A stretch of DNA of 64,000 nt from Eutreptiella sp. 'Long Island Sound 2002'. Its lineage: Eukaryota; Protista; Euglenida. The stretch's first letter is position 1. Every line of letters starts with the position of its first letter. Below, piece after piece: positions 1 through 12,160 of this stretch. The DNA lies in NCBI GenBank assembly GCA_964036045.1, contig OZ038378.1:165478001-165542000 (forward strand), given 5' to 3'. The translations under genes and the position numbers were made by a program. The notes under the pieces were generated by a model. That model was not told where the DNA came from. It worked only from the letters and a program-made list of their open reading frames with translations, and searched no databases.

Positions 1-378
1 ATCCTTTACATAGCATATTTCATCATTGTAAGCGGTCACAATATCAAAAAAATGATTTGCAAAATTCTATTGCCTTCGGCAAGGCACCTCCAAGAGGGGA
101 GAGGAACGACCATTCTTGAGCTGCCGAGGCTGGAAAACTGCATAAGCAGGTTGTGCCCTAGACCCCTTGGGAGTCCCCCCCCCCCAACATCCAAATAGGG
201 TGAAAACACATCAAGAGGGGCTAAAACATGCTTTATATAGGATATTTGATCATTTTGGATGGTCAGAATATCAAAAAAATCAGTTTCGGAAATCTCCATT
301 GTTGAGCTGCCGAGGCTGGAAAAGTGCGTTAGCAGGTTGTGCCCTAGACCCCTTGGGAGCCCCCCCTCCCCCCCTCCG
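1..378 (+). repeat. Interspersed repeat family A (about 200-230-bp tandem-prone unit)
   Basis: aaattctattgccttcggcaaggcacctc..gagctgccgaggctggaaaactgc..aacacccaaatagggtgaaaacaca..atcattttggatggtcagaatatc. Other copies at 1464-1716, 7752-7992, 9073-9375 and 35858-36110, all on the plus strand. Confidence 0.9.
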
Positions 379-778
379 CTGGGCCTGGCACGAACCTGCG
401 CAGCCTCCCTGTGTCTCCTCTCCACCTGTCGCACCTCCTGGCCTGTTTCCGGGCAGAACAGTTTCAAAAAGCGAAAACTCCCGCAGTCACACCACAACAA
501 GTACCAGGGCCTTCGTACCTGGGTCCGATAGAGGACACGCCACCCACAAGCAGTGACGCCATCCCCCATTTTTCGCCCTTCCCACCCCTTTTCAGCGCCT
601 AATCGCATCCAAATACCTTGTAGCACGTGTTTTTCTTTTGAGTTCTCCACCAGACACAACGATTTCTGGTGGACAGACGATTTCTGGGATAATAACCCAC
701 AATTACGCACCACAGGGCACGCTGCAGGGCAAACCGCAAGCACCATAGGGCCGCAGGATGAGCACTCTGAGGCCATAC

Positions 779-1042
779 CTGGTCGTGCTACCCAACACAC
801 GTGGTTGGCGGCACCACTGCCATGCGCCACAGGGCCACGGTGCACGTAGCAACCGGCATTCCCCTGGTTCGAGATCCGCTCACACCCAGTGGCCGATGGC
901 TGCGTCTTGCACCAGGCAAGACAAGCATCATCACTGACTCCAGAGTGTTCTGGTCCACTACTGACACCGCTGTTGACATCCTGCGACGCTGCATCCAAAC
1001 AAAATCCGGTTTCCTTGGGCCCCCAGCCATCGGCGTCTGCAC
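779..1042 (-). CDS. Exon encoding a 6-Cys PAN/apple-like extracellular module
   Basis: ttcaaag|GT acceptor and CCA G|gtatgg donor; 264 nt, symmetric phase 1/1; GFCLDA...ACLAWCKTQPSATGCERISNQGNAGCYVHRGPVAHGSGAANHVCWV. Confidence 0.7.
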
Positions 1043-2067
1043 CTTTGAAACAACAATGGGCAGGTATGCGTTGCAGCACATCTGCATGCTGATTGCAGCC
1101 ATGTGTGAGGGGGTCACCTGCACTGCTGGTGCCCGAGGTGTGCATGCCAAAAATCTCACTGCTACGGGGGTACAGAATATGCAACAGAACAATCTGAGCT
1201 GGATGATGAGTCACGAATTGGGGGGATTGGAGTGTTCAGAAGCATTGTGGAACATGCTTTCTGTGCAACAGTGTATGCCTCTTGCCATCTATCTTGGAAG
1301 CGAAAATAGAGGATCATATTACTAACGTCATCGCGTTTTGCACTGGGACACGGTTGGACTGGGTTGCCGAAGAACATGCTTGTGGGATCCTGGGACATGG
1401 TGTCTGCAACCGAGGGAAGAAATGATAGGAGTGGAGTGACCAAAGAACCGTGCTATAGGTATTTGGCAAGGCACCTCCAAGAGGGGAGAGGGACGACCAT
1501 TCTTGAGCTGCCGAGGCTGGAAAACTGCATAAGCAGGTTGTGCCCTAGACCCCTTGGGAGTCCCCCCCCCCAACACCCAAACAGGGTGAAAAACACATAA
1601 AGAGGGGCTAAAATATGCTTAACATAGGATATTTGATCATTTTGGATGGCCAAAAGATCAAAAAAATCAGTTTCGGAAATTCTATTGCTTTCGGCAAGTA
1701 CACCTCGCAGAGAATCTCCCCCAAGCAACGCAGACTCGAAATAGGGAAAAAACGACATAAATACGGACTAAAACATGACTTACATACACCCCTCCCCAGG
1801 GAAGTATGAGAAGGGGGGAAGGGGCGGAGGGGGGTCTGGGTCCCAAAAGTTTGTGTACCCAAAATGGCCCAACCAGATTTTCGGAGGTGGTGGGACCTGG
1901 GACAGTGCAGGTGAAGAGCGTTCGCAGGGGACTCGGAACAGGCCACCCCACGTGTTTACTCGTAGAGCCGGAACCACTAATACATTCGCGCCTGGGGCCA
2001 GGGGGAGGGGGGGGAGGGTGAGATCGAGGGGCACGGGGGAGTATGCAGGGGTGTAGATTCGGCACAC

Positions 2068-2157
2068 CGATGTCAATTCGCTGCCAGGGACGCTGCCTTG
2101 CAAAGGGGAGCTGCGCAAGCACCTCTTGATATTGCTTGTCGTGTTGGACACTATTAT
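2068..2157 (-). CDS. Candidate upstream phase-1/1 exon of the PAN-like gene (NSVQHDKQYQEVLAQLPFARQRPWQRIDI)
   Basis: ctccag|AT acceptor and ATC G|gtgtgc donor (same donor as two GPC1 introns); 90 nt; phase fits the 1042 exon; no homology recognised. Confidence 0.25.
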
Positions 2158-5100
2158 CTGGAGGTCCCGAACCTCAGCCCGAGCCCTGCCTAGGCCCTCT
2201 GGAGATGGAGGACAACGGGCCAGTCCTGCATGGAAAGGCAGCAGGGGCCTCAAATGGTCTGTTGCAGTGTCTGCATTAGGCTCTGGCCGCGCCTGCCCCA
2301 AGGCTTGTATCACCTCTGTCCAAGGTGCCAATGTTCGGCGCTTCCACAGTGCGATTTGTGAGCAGAAATTCACCCTGCAACCCTGCTTTGGCTAACCCTA
2401 CCAGCGGTTTGGGCTCTACAGGGTTATGCGTGCATTCCGGGAAAGGGTCGCTCCCTCTCTGTGCTGTGCATGCTGGCCCCACTCAGCCAGTAGGGGGAGG
2501 CGGTGGGGTTGGCAGCAGCAGCAGCAGTGGCAACTCCGCAGGATCGACCGGGCCACCCCAGACTGAAGATTTTAGCCAGCAGATGTCCATTAACCACTAA
2601 CCACTGTGACCTGGACCTTCACCTGGACCTTGACCATGACCTTGACGGTGACCACCACCTTGACTGTGAACTTGACCTTGTGTACAATAGGTGTTCAACA
2701 GGTGCTTTTATGCTTTTGTTTTGGTGCTTGCCCGTGTGACAGGGCATCCCTACCCCCGAAGCTTTGGACCTTCTGATGGTTTAGCCATCTCTGGTCAACT
2801 GTCTGCTTGTATTTTACCACTTCAACTTTTTTTGTGGGGGGGGGGGGGGGCATATAGAACGCAGGTCCGTCGGCTCCCCCATGTTCTCCTGGCATTCCAG
2901 AAACTCATTGTGGCAGCGTCCATGCAAACTGTTCTTGAACAGAAGTTGTTTCTCAACCAACCCCCCCCCCCCCCGGCCCGCCCAATTGCTTGTAAAGGTA
3001 CCAGTGGACACCCCTTAGGCATGCAAACAAGATACTTTCCCATGGCCGGGTAGCAGGCCCGGTGAGGGGCAGCATCTTGGGTGGCAGGGCCCTCCCCTAC
3101 CACAATCCAAGGCCCAATGGATTGAGGGCAGGAGGACCGGACTGTCATAAAACGCCCAGTCTGCATCGCCCACTCTGCACATGCAAATCAATGAAGCCTC
3201 GCCCCCCCTCCCCTGCACCCCAATTCCAGGACATTTTTCAGCTCAAGAACGAAGAAAAAAGACTGGGGTCCAGCTGTACGCGCTGACCCCGTCCCTTTGA
3301 CCCACACCCATGCGACCATCCATGTGACAAAACACAAACGAAACACAGGGAAAAGCAGCCACCAAGACACTGACAGGTAAAGAGATTGTGAGCAACATTT
3401 GCAGCAGCAGCAAAGCACATGCAAAAACGCAGAAAAAATGTACGCGGGAAAATTTCAAACATGCATGGGAACCCCTGAAGCAGTAACCAGGTTTTGAAGC
3501 CTTGAACCATTACTCCTGAAAACTGGCCAACCCCCCCCGTCGCCTGCGCCCATGGGGACCCCCACCAAAAAAAAAAAGTGTTGTGTATCATTTGGGGTCA
3601 TCCGAACCGAGCATGGGTGGTGTTGATGACTTCTTCAAGCGGAGACGGCGCAAGCAAGAAAAGTGCCCAGAAATGCATCAGCGGCTGCTTCTCAAAAACC
3701 CATCTGCACCCCTCGACACACACCCAGTTGCCATGCATGACCCTCTTCACATCTGCGCGCCAAAATAGACATCGTTAAATTCTTCAGTGGTTGGGCATGA
3801 CACACCTAGTCCACGTGTAAGGTACATCCCAAGAATGAGCAAAAACAAATGGCGCACTGCCATGTGATCATAGGGAAGCTCTAGAGAGGTAACACATTCA
3901 ATACTACAGGGTGAACCCATATTCCAATTTCTGCGTTGCCCCAACCTACTCAGAACAATCAACACGCGGACAAGCAGAGCAAGGGCACTACACTTTCACA
4001 CCACAACGCAAGCAATGCCAACAAAAACCTGGGAAGAAAGCAGTACAGTCTTGGTTTCGCTCTTGTGCTATACCCACACTGACATTGCAAGAGACTTGAC
4101 TTGGGCTTCAACGTGTGCCCCGGGGACAGTCTCCCTAATCGGTCCCTCATCTGCTGTGTTTGAGATGGAAATGGTTTTCATGGTGTGAGCCATGGGGACC
4201 AACCTGCTGAAATGCACAATGCCCAATGGGAGGTGGGGCTCCTGGCTGGGGTCCCAGAGCGTGCCGAAGGGGGGATGGGGGGACCCAACATATGTAGCTC
4301 AAAATGATCTTCGTGTCGCGCTGATGAATTGATGTATGTCTGTTGAAGCGAAAAAAGTTGTCCAGATTTTCTTCTGAGTCACTTTGTGGCTTATGCTATG
4401 CCATGCTATACCCACCCATATGTGACGTTGCAAGAGAATTGCCCTTAGTGGGTCGGAGCGAGCTGTGGTGCATACCAGGGGTGGATATAACTGGGGGTGG
4501 GGTCCGGCCCGGATCCCCACCCCCACCCCTGACCCCCGGGTCACAAAAAGGATCACGGTATTTAGTCACAAAAACAGTGACCAAAAACCGGCCGTTTGGG
4601 GAAGCCTAGGCCGTACGTGTACATGGGCAATGGTTGGTTCTCATTGACTGTCCTTGTCCTTTGGATATAGGGTACCATTGTTCCCTCATTGTGCCGGTTT
4701 CATCCCATCTTCCGATTCCCTGATGATGATGGAGCGCAGATGGCATGGTTGCAAGTTTGTTGAGTTAGGGGCTAGGGTCACGTATTTCATGGGAAATTGT
4801 GTGATGGCAGGCAATAGGGCTTGTGCGCAGGATTATTGTGATTTCGGGGGGGGGGGGGGGGCGTACCATAAAGGCGAAATAAGTATGCCGATTCGTAGTG
4901 CTGGGTGTACGCAATGGCGTAAGGCTGTCGCAATACACTGCTTACCTTGCTTGTTCCAAGCAACTAGGGAAAAATGTTTCTACTAGGTGAGAAATAGACA
5001 GTAGCCCCTTTGCTCACAAATGCGGATTCGGCCCCTTGGTGTCCCTCTCATGCCGGCGCCGGCATTGTTTCCCAGAGGGAAATGTGTGTGTGGGACAGGG

Positions 5101-5313
5101 ATTTAGTGATAGGGCCTTTGTAGTTGATTGATTTCCCGACCATCATTGCTACACCCTTCAACCCATCTGTTTCTCGTAGATCCCAGCTGAGTGTCACTCA
5201 CCAAAATGTTTCAGGGTTGGGGACCACTTGTTCCAGCTACCAATAGTGGTGGGTGCAACAACCCTCCTCCGATTCTGCCCACCCGCGCCTCCTTGCATAT
5301 CTCCTACCCTGCC

Positions 5314-5597
5314 CCCTGTGTGACATTCCGTCTGGTTGTTGCTCCTTTACGGGGCCCTGGACAGTCACCCGTTCTTCCCTTTGCATGTTGCGTTGGGTTG
5401 CTGCTTTCTGTCGGCCGCTGCGGCCGGTGCTCTTGCTGGTGTCGTTTCCGCGCGTTCGCGGAGCCCAGTAGTTGGTGTGTTGGGGCTGTGCTGAATGTGG
5501 CATGGTGTGCCGTTTGCGCGTCAGCGGCGCCCAATAATTGGCGTATTGAGGATGTGCTGGTTGTTGTGGGGGTCGTTTGACTGTTTTTGCTGTCCAC
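5314..5597 (+). repeat. Interspersed repeat family B
   Basis: Near-identical to 41101-41316 (ccctgtgtgacattccgtct...gtttgactgtttttgctgtccac); this copy has an extra internal segment of about 68 bp. Confidence 0.9.
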
Positions 5598-8059
5598 TAC
5601 CCGGTGAAACCGTCAATTTTTGTGCCTTTGGCGGTGCTTGGACAAGGGGGGGAGTTTGAATAGGCAAAGTAGGACACGGTGCAAAAAATGACGGTTTCAC
5701 CGGGTAGTAGTGCTTGGACAAGGGTGTGCTTGGACAGGGGGGGGGGGGGTAGGTCTTCTTTATTGCACCCCAGGCTTGCACTCCTTGTCAATGGCCCCAA
5801 GCAGAGCTATGTCATTGGGTGCTTTGTGCAGGCGGTAGGCTCCCACCCCAGAGACCCAGTTCCTTTGGTGCTCCTAAAGAGACAGTCCCCTGAAGAGGAC
5901 ACCCCGTCGGGGTGGGGTAGGTCCCAAGCAGCAATGAGCTTGACGGTTCTACTTGGGCGCTGCAATCGCGGGGCCTACGTAGGCATTTGCACCCAAGTCT
6001 GCGCTGTTATGTGCTCCTAGACCTTCTGTGGGGCCTAGGTAGTTATGCACCTACGTTGTTTGTTGTAACACAGCCCTGCGGTGGGCCCGGCGGCACTCAT
6101 GAGATGTAGGTGTGTTTTGCACTGGTGCCCTACACTGGTGGGGCCTATGTTGTGATGTGCTGCTAGCGCTCGTTCCACCAACACACTCCTGTGGGGCCTA
6201 GGCAGATTGTGTGATGTGTCATGAAAGGGGGGTTTCCCCAGGTTTGCAACAGGTATGTGCATGGTTGAGCACCCTAAGGTAAGGTTGGAAGAGAGGCATG
6301 AGTACGTGTGTGAGGCCTGGGTGATTGGACGAATCTACCACTACTCCATACCATTTGTGCTGCACCGAAGGTTGAGAACACCAACCATTCTTGACAGACG
6401 AATGTTGATAGTGTCTCCTTTTATATGCACAATTGTTCCCGGATCGAGGTAAATGGTGCAATGCGTTGGGCACTGTTTGTCACATTTGGGGTGGTCCCTT
6501 GAGCCCGTTTCTCTGACGAACCCTTGGTCCATCTGGTCCATCTGGGTCTCGTCCCAACCGTCGCCGAGCATCAAACACGAATGAATGTAATCCTCCTCTA
6601 GATGTAGCCAAAAAGAAACTTGATCATTCAGTGCAACGCTCCACACGCACAAAGATGGCGTTGGTTGGCCTATCACAGAAACTTCAACTCCATGTGAATG
6701 ACGGACAAGTGCAAGCATTCGTCCTGACAGATGATATCCCAATCGTGCGGCTGAAATGGGATAGAATAACGTGATGCCGTATTCTGAACCAATATTGCAA
6801 GCAGACAGCCTTGGCCCTTGTCTTTGCCTTGAGCTGAGCCAATTACAATAAAATGAGGTGGACAGGGCATTTATTCGGGGGATCGCGTTCAAATAGATGT
6901 CGTGTGCACATATGACAATTGTGCCCACATGCCACTGCAACCTTGAAGGCCAGTCATGGCAAAAAAATCAGCTGAGGCAGCCTTACTACTCAGGAAGGAA
7001 AGCATCGATCGTGGGGGCAGCGCTGCTTCCGGCATTTGTATCGGTAGTGGTGAACACTGAAAACAATCCCTGTACCCAGTGATGCGGCAAAAACGCGTAT
7101 CTTGTACATGGCTGCTGAGGCTGCTCTTCTGAGAAATGAAGCTACTTAAAGAGGTTATCTTTTTCTGTTTAGGCGATAGTGATCATAACGATGAGAGGTG
7201 CCACCCCTTGGGTCAACAGGTTCAAGGGCCCCAATTCAAAGTGCTTCACTTCCTCAGCTTCCCGGTATGTGGGGCAGAATGCCTACCAGCACCACTGCCT
7301 CTTGGGGCGAGGGGTGCGTGCTAAATGTCTCACGAACACCCAAAGACCACAACGCATTGGCCACCCGCGCCCCCTTCCTTTGAGGCCGAGGGAACCTGGA
7401 GGAGGGTCAGTCCCCTTCTGAGGCTTAAGCAGGCGTGCACGAGAATATAAGGCAGGGAAGGAGGGGTCTTTGGACCCTGGAGGGCACGTTTGAATGGGGT
7501 GTTGATCCGTGAGAACCAGGCTGCCTGGGGCTAGTGCAAAAAGGTTTGCGCGGGGAGGGGACCGTTTGAGCCCCTTTCCTAGACTCCCCCCCCTTCGATT
7601 CAGGGCTCAAACGCAAGGCAGCGCGAGAACAGATATGAGGAGGGGCTCAGGATGGCGGTCCAGGGGTACCCCGGCACACAGTACATGAAGACGATCCCCA
7701 CGACGCGCTCATAGTTTAAGGCATGTATCATGGGGAGAAGAAGTTGCAGAAGAAATTCTATTGCCTTCGGCAAGGCACCTCGAAGAGGGGAGAGGGACGA
7801 CCATTTTTGAGCTGCGGAGGCCAGAAAACTGCAGAAGCAGGTTGTGCCGCAGCCAACTTGGGACCCCCCCCCTCCCCCAACACCCAAATAGGGTGAAAAA
7901 CACATAAAGAGGGGCTCATTTGGATGGTCAAAATATCAAAAAAAAAAATCAGTTTCAAAAAATTCTATTGCCTTCGGCAGTGCACCTCGAAGACAGGCTG
8001 ACAGTCAGCCAGTCAGTCAGTTAGTCAGGCCAGCAGTCAGTCAGACAGAGACACACAGT

Positions 8060-9050
8060 TTGGGTTTTTTGTCAGTGGCAGAGTCGGCTCCAAGCAGTGG
8101 GAACGACCACTATTCTCAGGGCAAGCAGTGGCCGAATGGTAATGCAGCGGCAGACTTTTTGGGCGGCGGTTAGAAACCCGGTCAGCCGAACACGGCGTCG
8201 GCGCCGCCGACGACAGTTGACGGACCACGATTCCAACCGCCGACCTAAGGGGGAATCTTTGCACTGCACGCGCACTGCGCGCCACTTTTAGACTATGTTC
8301 CCCCCGAAGAGCCCCCAAGCACACCCCTTGGAAATGCCCTTAGAATTAGGTGACCCAAACTGCCCCAGCTCAAGAAAGTTGCAAACTTCCCTTAACATAT
8401 CACACACATGTTCCTTACGATGCCCCAGTGCCACATGCGTGGTTTCGGTTGTGAGGAAGAGGCTCTCTCCTTTCCCTTGCGGTTAGAATCGGATTGGGGT
8501 TGGGATTGTGTAGCCACAGGGGGTTGCGAGGACTGAGAGGGTTGAGAGAGATTGGAGCTGGACGAAGCCACATCGGCCCGAGGGGGCGCAGCAACACAAA
8601 AAGCATGCAGTGTGCGTTGCCGCTTTTCTAGGACGTGCTGCGCATGTTTTGCTTGTTTCTTGGCCTCTCTCTCTCTTTTCTCATGGCGCAAACGGTCAAT
8701 CGCAGGCTGCAGTGTTGGCGCTTCACTGCCGCCTTCAACGAATGGTTGGCCATCAAGCCCATCCTGGATAATTACACTTTCCTCATCCCTTGGTAAGTGG
8801 TTGCCCTTGCGAACCGCAAGATCTGTTCAATCACCTTTGGCACACCCAAACAAAGGGGGACAAAATTAGAAGTCAAAACCTCCGCTAGGGGTCACCATGA
8901 TGCCCCTAGGGGCCACTAGTATCTCAAAGTATGTGTCTCTAGTACGGCCGGACGCCGAAATAGTTGCACTGCGCGCGCACTGCACGCGCACTGCGCTTAA
9001 GGCTCCCCCTAAAACTCTGCGGTCGGTTGCGTTACCATTCAACCGGGGTG
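8060..9050. repeat. Second copy of the palindromic tRNA-arm element, split by the TAA-TSD transposon
   Basis: Same upstream gggtttt..gtcagt.gcaga...ccaagcagtggg; A-box TGGCCGAATGG (8129); decayed B-box GGTTAGAAACC (8168); inverted arm at 8228-8245 and 9010-9045. Confidence 0.65.
8249..9009. mobile_element. Non-autonomous DNA transposon with TAA target duplication (PIF/Harbinger-type TSD)
   Basis: TAA|GGGGGAATCTT ... AAGGCTCCCCC|TAA (9/11 TIR). GCACTGC repeats inside both ends. Removing it restores the host repeat seen uninterrupted at 35.5 kb. Confidence 0.75.
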
Positions 9051-9072
9051 TGATGTAACAGCCGTCTGCCTT

Positions 9073-9625
9073 GGGATATTTCATCATTTTGGATGGTCAG
9101 AATATCAAAAAAAATCAGTTTCGGAAAATTTCCATTTTTGAGCTGCCGAGGCTGGAAAATTGCATAAGCAGGTTGGCCCAGCCCCCTTTGGGACCCCCCC
9201 CCCCCCCCCGAACACCCAAATAGGGTGAAAGACACAGAAAAAGGGGCTGAAACGTGCTTTAAATAGCATATTTCATCATTTTGGATGATCAGAATATCCA
9301 AAAAAAAAAGCTTTGCAAAATTTTCCATTTTTGACTTGTAGAGGGTGGAAAACTGCTCAAGCAGTTTGTGCACACACCAAATGCCATTGAACCACCTACA
9401 AACAGCAATTTTGAAGCTTTTGGGGGGCCCATGGCTTGGGCTACATAGACCTAGCGGCCACTATGTGGGTCCCCATGGGCGCTCAAGTAGCAGTACTGTC
9501 ACCAAATGATCACCCAAACCCATCCTCAGGGCAACAGAAGGGTTTCGGAAAAAATCGAATTTCAAAAAACTTTCACGTGCCACTAAACATCCTATCCGAT
9601 GTGAAAACGGCTAAGTCCTTGTGGG
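9073..9625 (+). repeat. Family A copy with 3' extension (tgtcaccaaatgatcacccaa..cggctaagtcct)
   Basis: Same order of blocks as the copy at 35858-36330. Confidence 0.75.
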
Positions 9626-10770
9626 GGGGGGGGATCAACACTTCTTCGCCGGGTAGCCTCTTTTTTTGAGGGGGGGTTAACACTTCTTCACTGTGTGTGT
9701 ATTTGGACCTGGGTCCTGAAGAACTTTTTTCTTGTTTATGGACCCCCTAACCCGTGGCGGGGGTCCCGGGTCCCAACTCCAGGTACCCCCAGCCCCCCCC
9801 TGTTAGATTCAGACTCCAGCAGTGAGTCTGAGATGTCAGGTGTCGGTGTCGGACACCGTTCGTCATGAATGTGCATCACACCACCCAGTTAAACGTGTTG
9901 GCCCAGACAAGGGTCTTTTTTGGGGCTTCTGCCCCCTAGGAAATAGGCTCAGTCATTGGAGCCCCTTTTGGGGGGGGGGGGCTTGAGTGACCCCCGCCCC
10001 CCGCAAATGAATTTTTCTAAAGCCCGAGAGACAAACACTGTGGATGGACTAACGTCTGGGGTACAGGCCTGTATTTGAAAGGAAAAATACCCAGAAGTGG
10101 AACATCGCCCCTGGTCCGATGCAGGATCCATGCCCCCTTCTTCACCCTCCCTTCCAAGGTGTGTGAAAGTCACAGGGGGGAAGCTGGCTTGCGCGCAGGG
10201 ATGTTCAAGCCCCGTTTTCAGACGCCGCCCCCACTTTCAGGGCTCCATTGCCGTGGACCCCCGACAGGCAGACGGGAGAGAGGGTGGCTGGGTCCCTGGT
10301 ACCTCAACATATATGGCTCAAAATGATCCCCCCGATGCGCTGGGCATTTTGAGGGGTGTATCATGGGGGGGGGGAATGATGTTTTCGAAAAAATCTTCTT
10401 CCGGGGCGCTTCACAGCCCCGGTGGTGAGTCATCAATAGTGTTTAGAAGCCTCTTTGGACTGGTCTGTCACAAGGGCCCCTTTTCCAGACCCCCACTCCC
10501 GCGCGTGCGCGAGCCAATGTTCTACTACCCCAGCGTGTAGTACTGGAAAAAAAAATACTTGCTCCAATGCCTTTGCTGCCAACAGTGTACGCTGTGTTGT
10601 ATACTCCTGTTCCGCCACCTCAAGGCACGCCGGAGCCACAACGGTGTACTGCATATGACGTACGTGGTTACGGTTAGGGGTTAGAAGGTCCGTGGTCATC
10701 GTCCCCCCTCTGAATGTGCAACCCTTCTCGCGCCAAATCACACTGAAACATGATGCACAATGGCCGTTGC

Positions 10771-10965
10771 CTACAGGTCGAAGTTCAGGCCTGACCTGGA
10801 ACCTGCTTCCGCTCGCTGTGATTGTGATTGGTACCCAGTGAAGGACGGCGTTGATGATAAATCGGCAACACCGTCCATCGAATCCATTTTGCGGTCGGTG
10901 CTGCTCTTCACCAGATCATTCACGGCACCAACGTGTTTGCCCAGCTTTTGCAAATATCCATTGAT
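10771..10965 (-). CDS. Exon 3 (terminal) of CCDC28-like gene (INGYLQKLGKHVGAVNDL...NFDL*)
   Basis: cttcag|ATC acceptor in phase 0; continues the heptad pattern SIAQINGYLQKLGKHV; TAG at 10773-10771; implies a 9494-nt intron. Confidence 0.6.
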   Translation of the reverse strand: MNGYLQKLGKHVGAVNDLVKSSTDRKMDSMDGVADLSSTPSFTGYQSQSQRAEAGSRSGLNFDL

Positions 10966-11759
10966 CTGAAGGGCAAATCGTCGCAGGTCCGCCACAGACC
11001 CTTGCCCACATGGAATCATGGCGCAGTGCACAGTGCCACAGTCCACAAGTGGGAGCGATGTTTGTGGCAGTTCAGGGAGATCCTGCATGAGCTTTGCATG
11101 TGGGCTGGGTCGGTCCTGGGTACAGGGAAGTTCTGCCTTGTTTTTGTGCTCCTGCTTTCAAGAAAAATGTGTTGGTCATCCATTCCGTTTTCATTTTGGG
11201 TAACTCTGGGGCAACATCTCTGCACGCAGTGGGGCGTATCTCATTTTGCAGGTCCAAAAAGATGCACAGAAGAGAGATAAGAGCGTGGATTACAATGCAA
11301 CAGTTTGGTGTCTGTGTGCTGGCACTTAAAACCTCACCACTTGTTGCAATAATCCAAAAATACTAATAATATTATTGAGACATTTACTCCTGGTTACGCT
11401 CCCCCCAGCTGCAAGCGAAATTTGATAACATGCAACCACAATTAAAAATAGCACCTTTGTTTTTTTTTACTCAAACCCCAGTACCTTCCAATCGTCCATG
11501 CGGGAGGAGGTGCCCCCACAGGTATTATGGGTACTCCTGCATGTGAAGGCAATGGAACCATGGCATGAAAGGAGATATTAAGGGTGCTATAAAGGCACAG
11601 AAATGGTGTAAATCAAACAATGGAAATTGCAAGGACAGCCAAAGAACATGGTACTCCCAAGCCACTAGAATGTTGCAATGGCAGAAAAGTTCGCAACATG
11701 AACACTTAGACAAGCATCATCAGCAGTGTCAATGACACAATCATCATCAACAACATTTG

Positions 11760-12160
11760 AACTAGGCACTTTCGGGACAAAGATGGTGTTGCGTTGCTGG
11801 TTGCACATTGTATGGAAGAGGGACATGTTTGGGGGAACAGCACCTATGCAAGTGCACTTGAGTGGACATGGCATGCCTCATCATGTGCAAGTTGGTAGCC
11901 GCAGGAGCAACCATCTTGTTGCGTTCTGAAAGCCTTAGATTTACCAACCTCTTTCAGAGCTTGTACAAGAGGACATATGTTGTGTGTTGTTGCCATGGGT
12001 TCCCAGACATGCACGATTAAATGCTTCAGAAGTGGAGTGCAATCCCACACATGCAGAGATACTTACGGACCTTCTTATGAGGGTTGACAATCACAAAGAG
12101 GCGAATAACCTCTTGATCCATGCAAGGCCCATCCTCCAAGCATGCCCGTAGTCAACAATA
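11760..12160 (-). pseudogene. Degenerate tyrosine-recombinase C-terminus (Crypton/DIRS-like)
   Basis: ATNLHMMRHAMSTQV contains the HxxRH box; flanking frames are disrupted and the catalytic Tyr was not located. Confidence 0.4.

Noticed and set aside
801-1325. Plus-strand ORF with RT-like words (LRLAPGKT, GFLG, IYLG)
   Set aside because: It is antisense to the well-supported Cys-module exon 779-1042, and the short matches are likely chance.
2610-2690. Gly/His/Gln exon (GQVHSQGGGHRQGHGQGPGEGPGHS)
   Set aside because: Equally explained as a degenerate caaggt hexamer repeat; no independent support.
6250-7750. LINE RT relic (LSPSSYLFSRCLAFEP resembling motif B)
   Set aside because: A single weak motif with no ordered neighbouring RT motifs; left unannotated.
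10559-10648. Possible 90-nt exon YTVVAPACLEVAEQEYTTQRTLLAAKALEQ (minus strand)
   Set aside because: It has AG/GT borders but cannot be linked in phase to a neighbouring exon, has no recognisable homology and lies just past the CCDC28-like stop.
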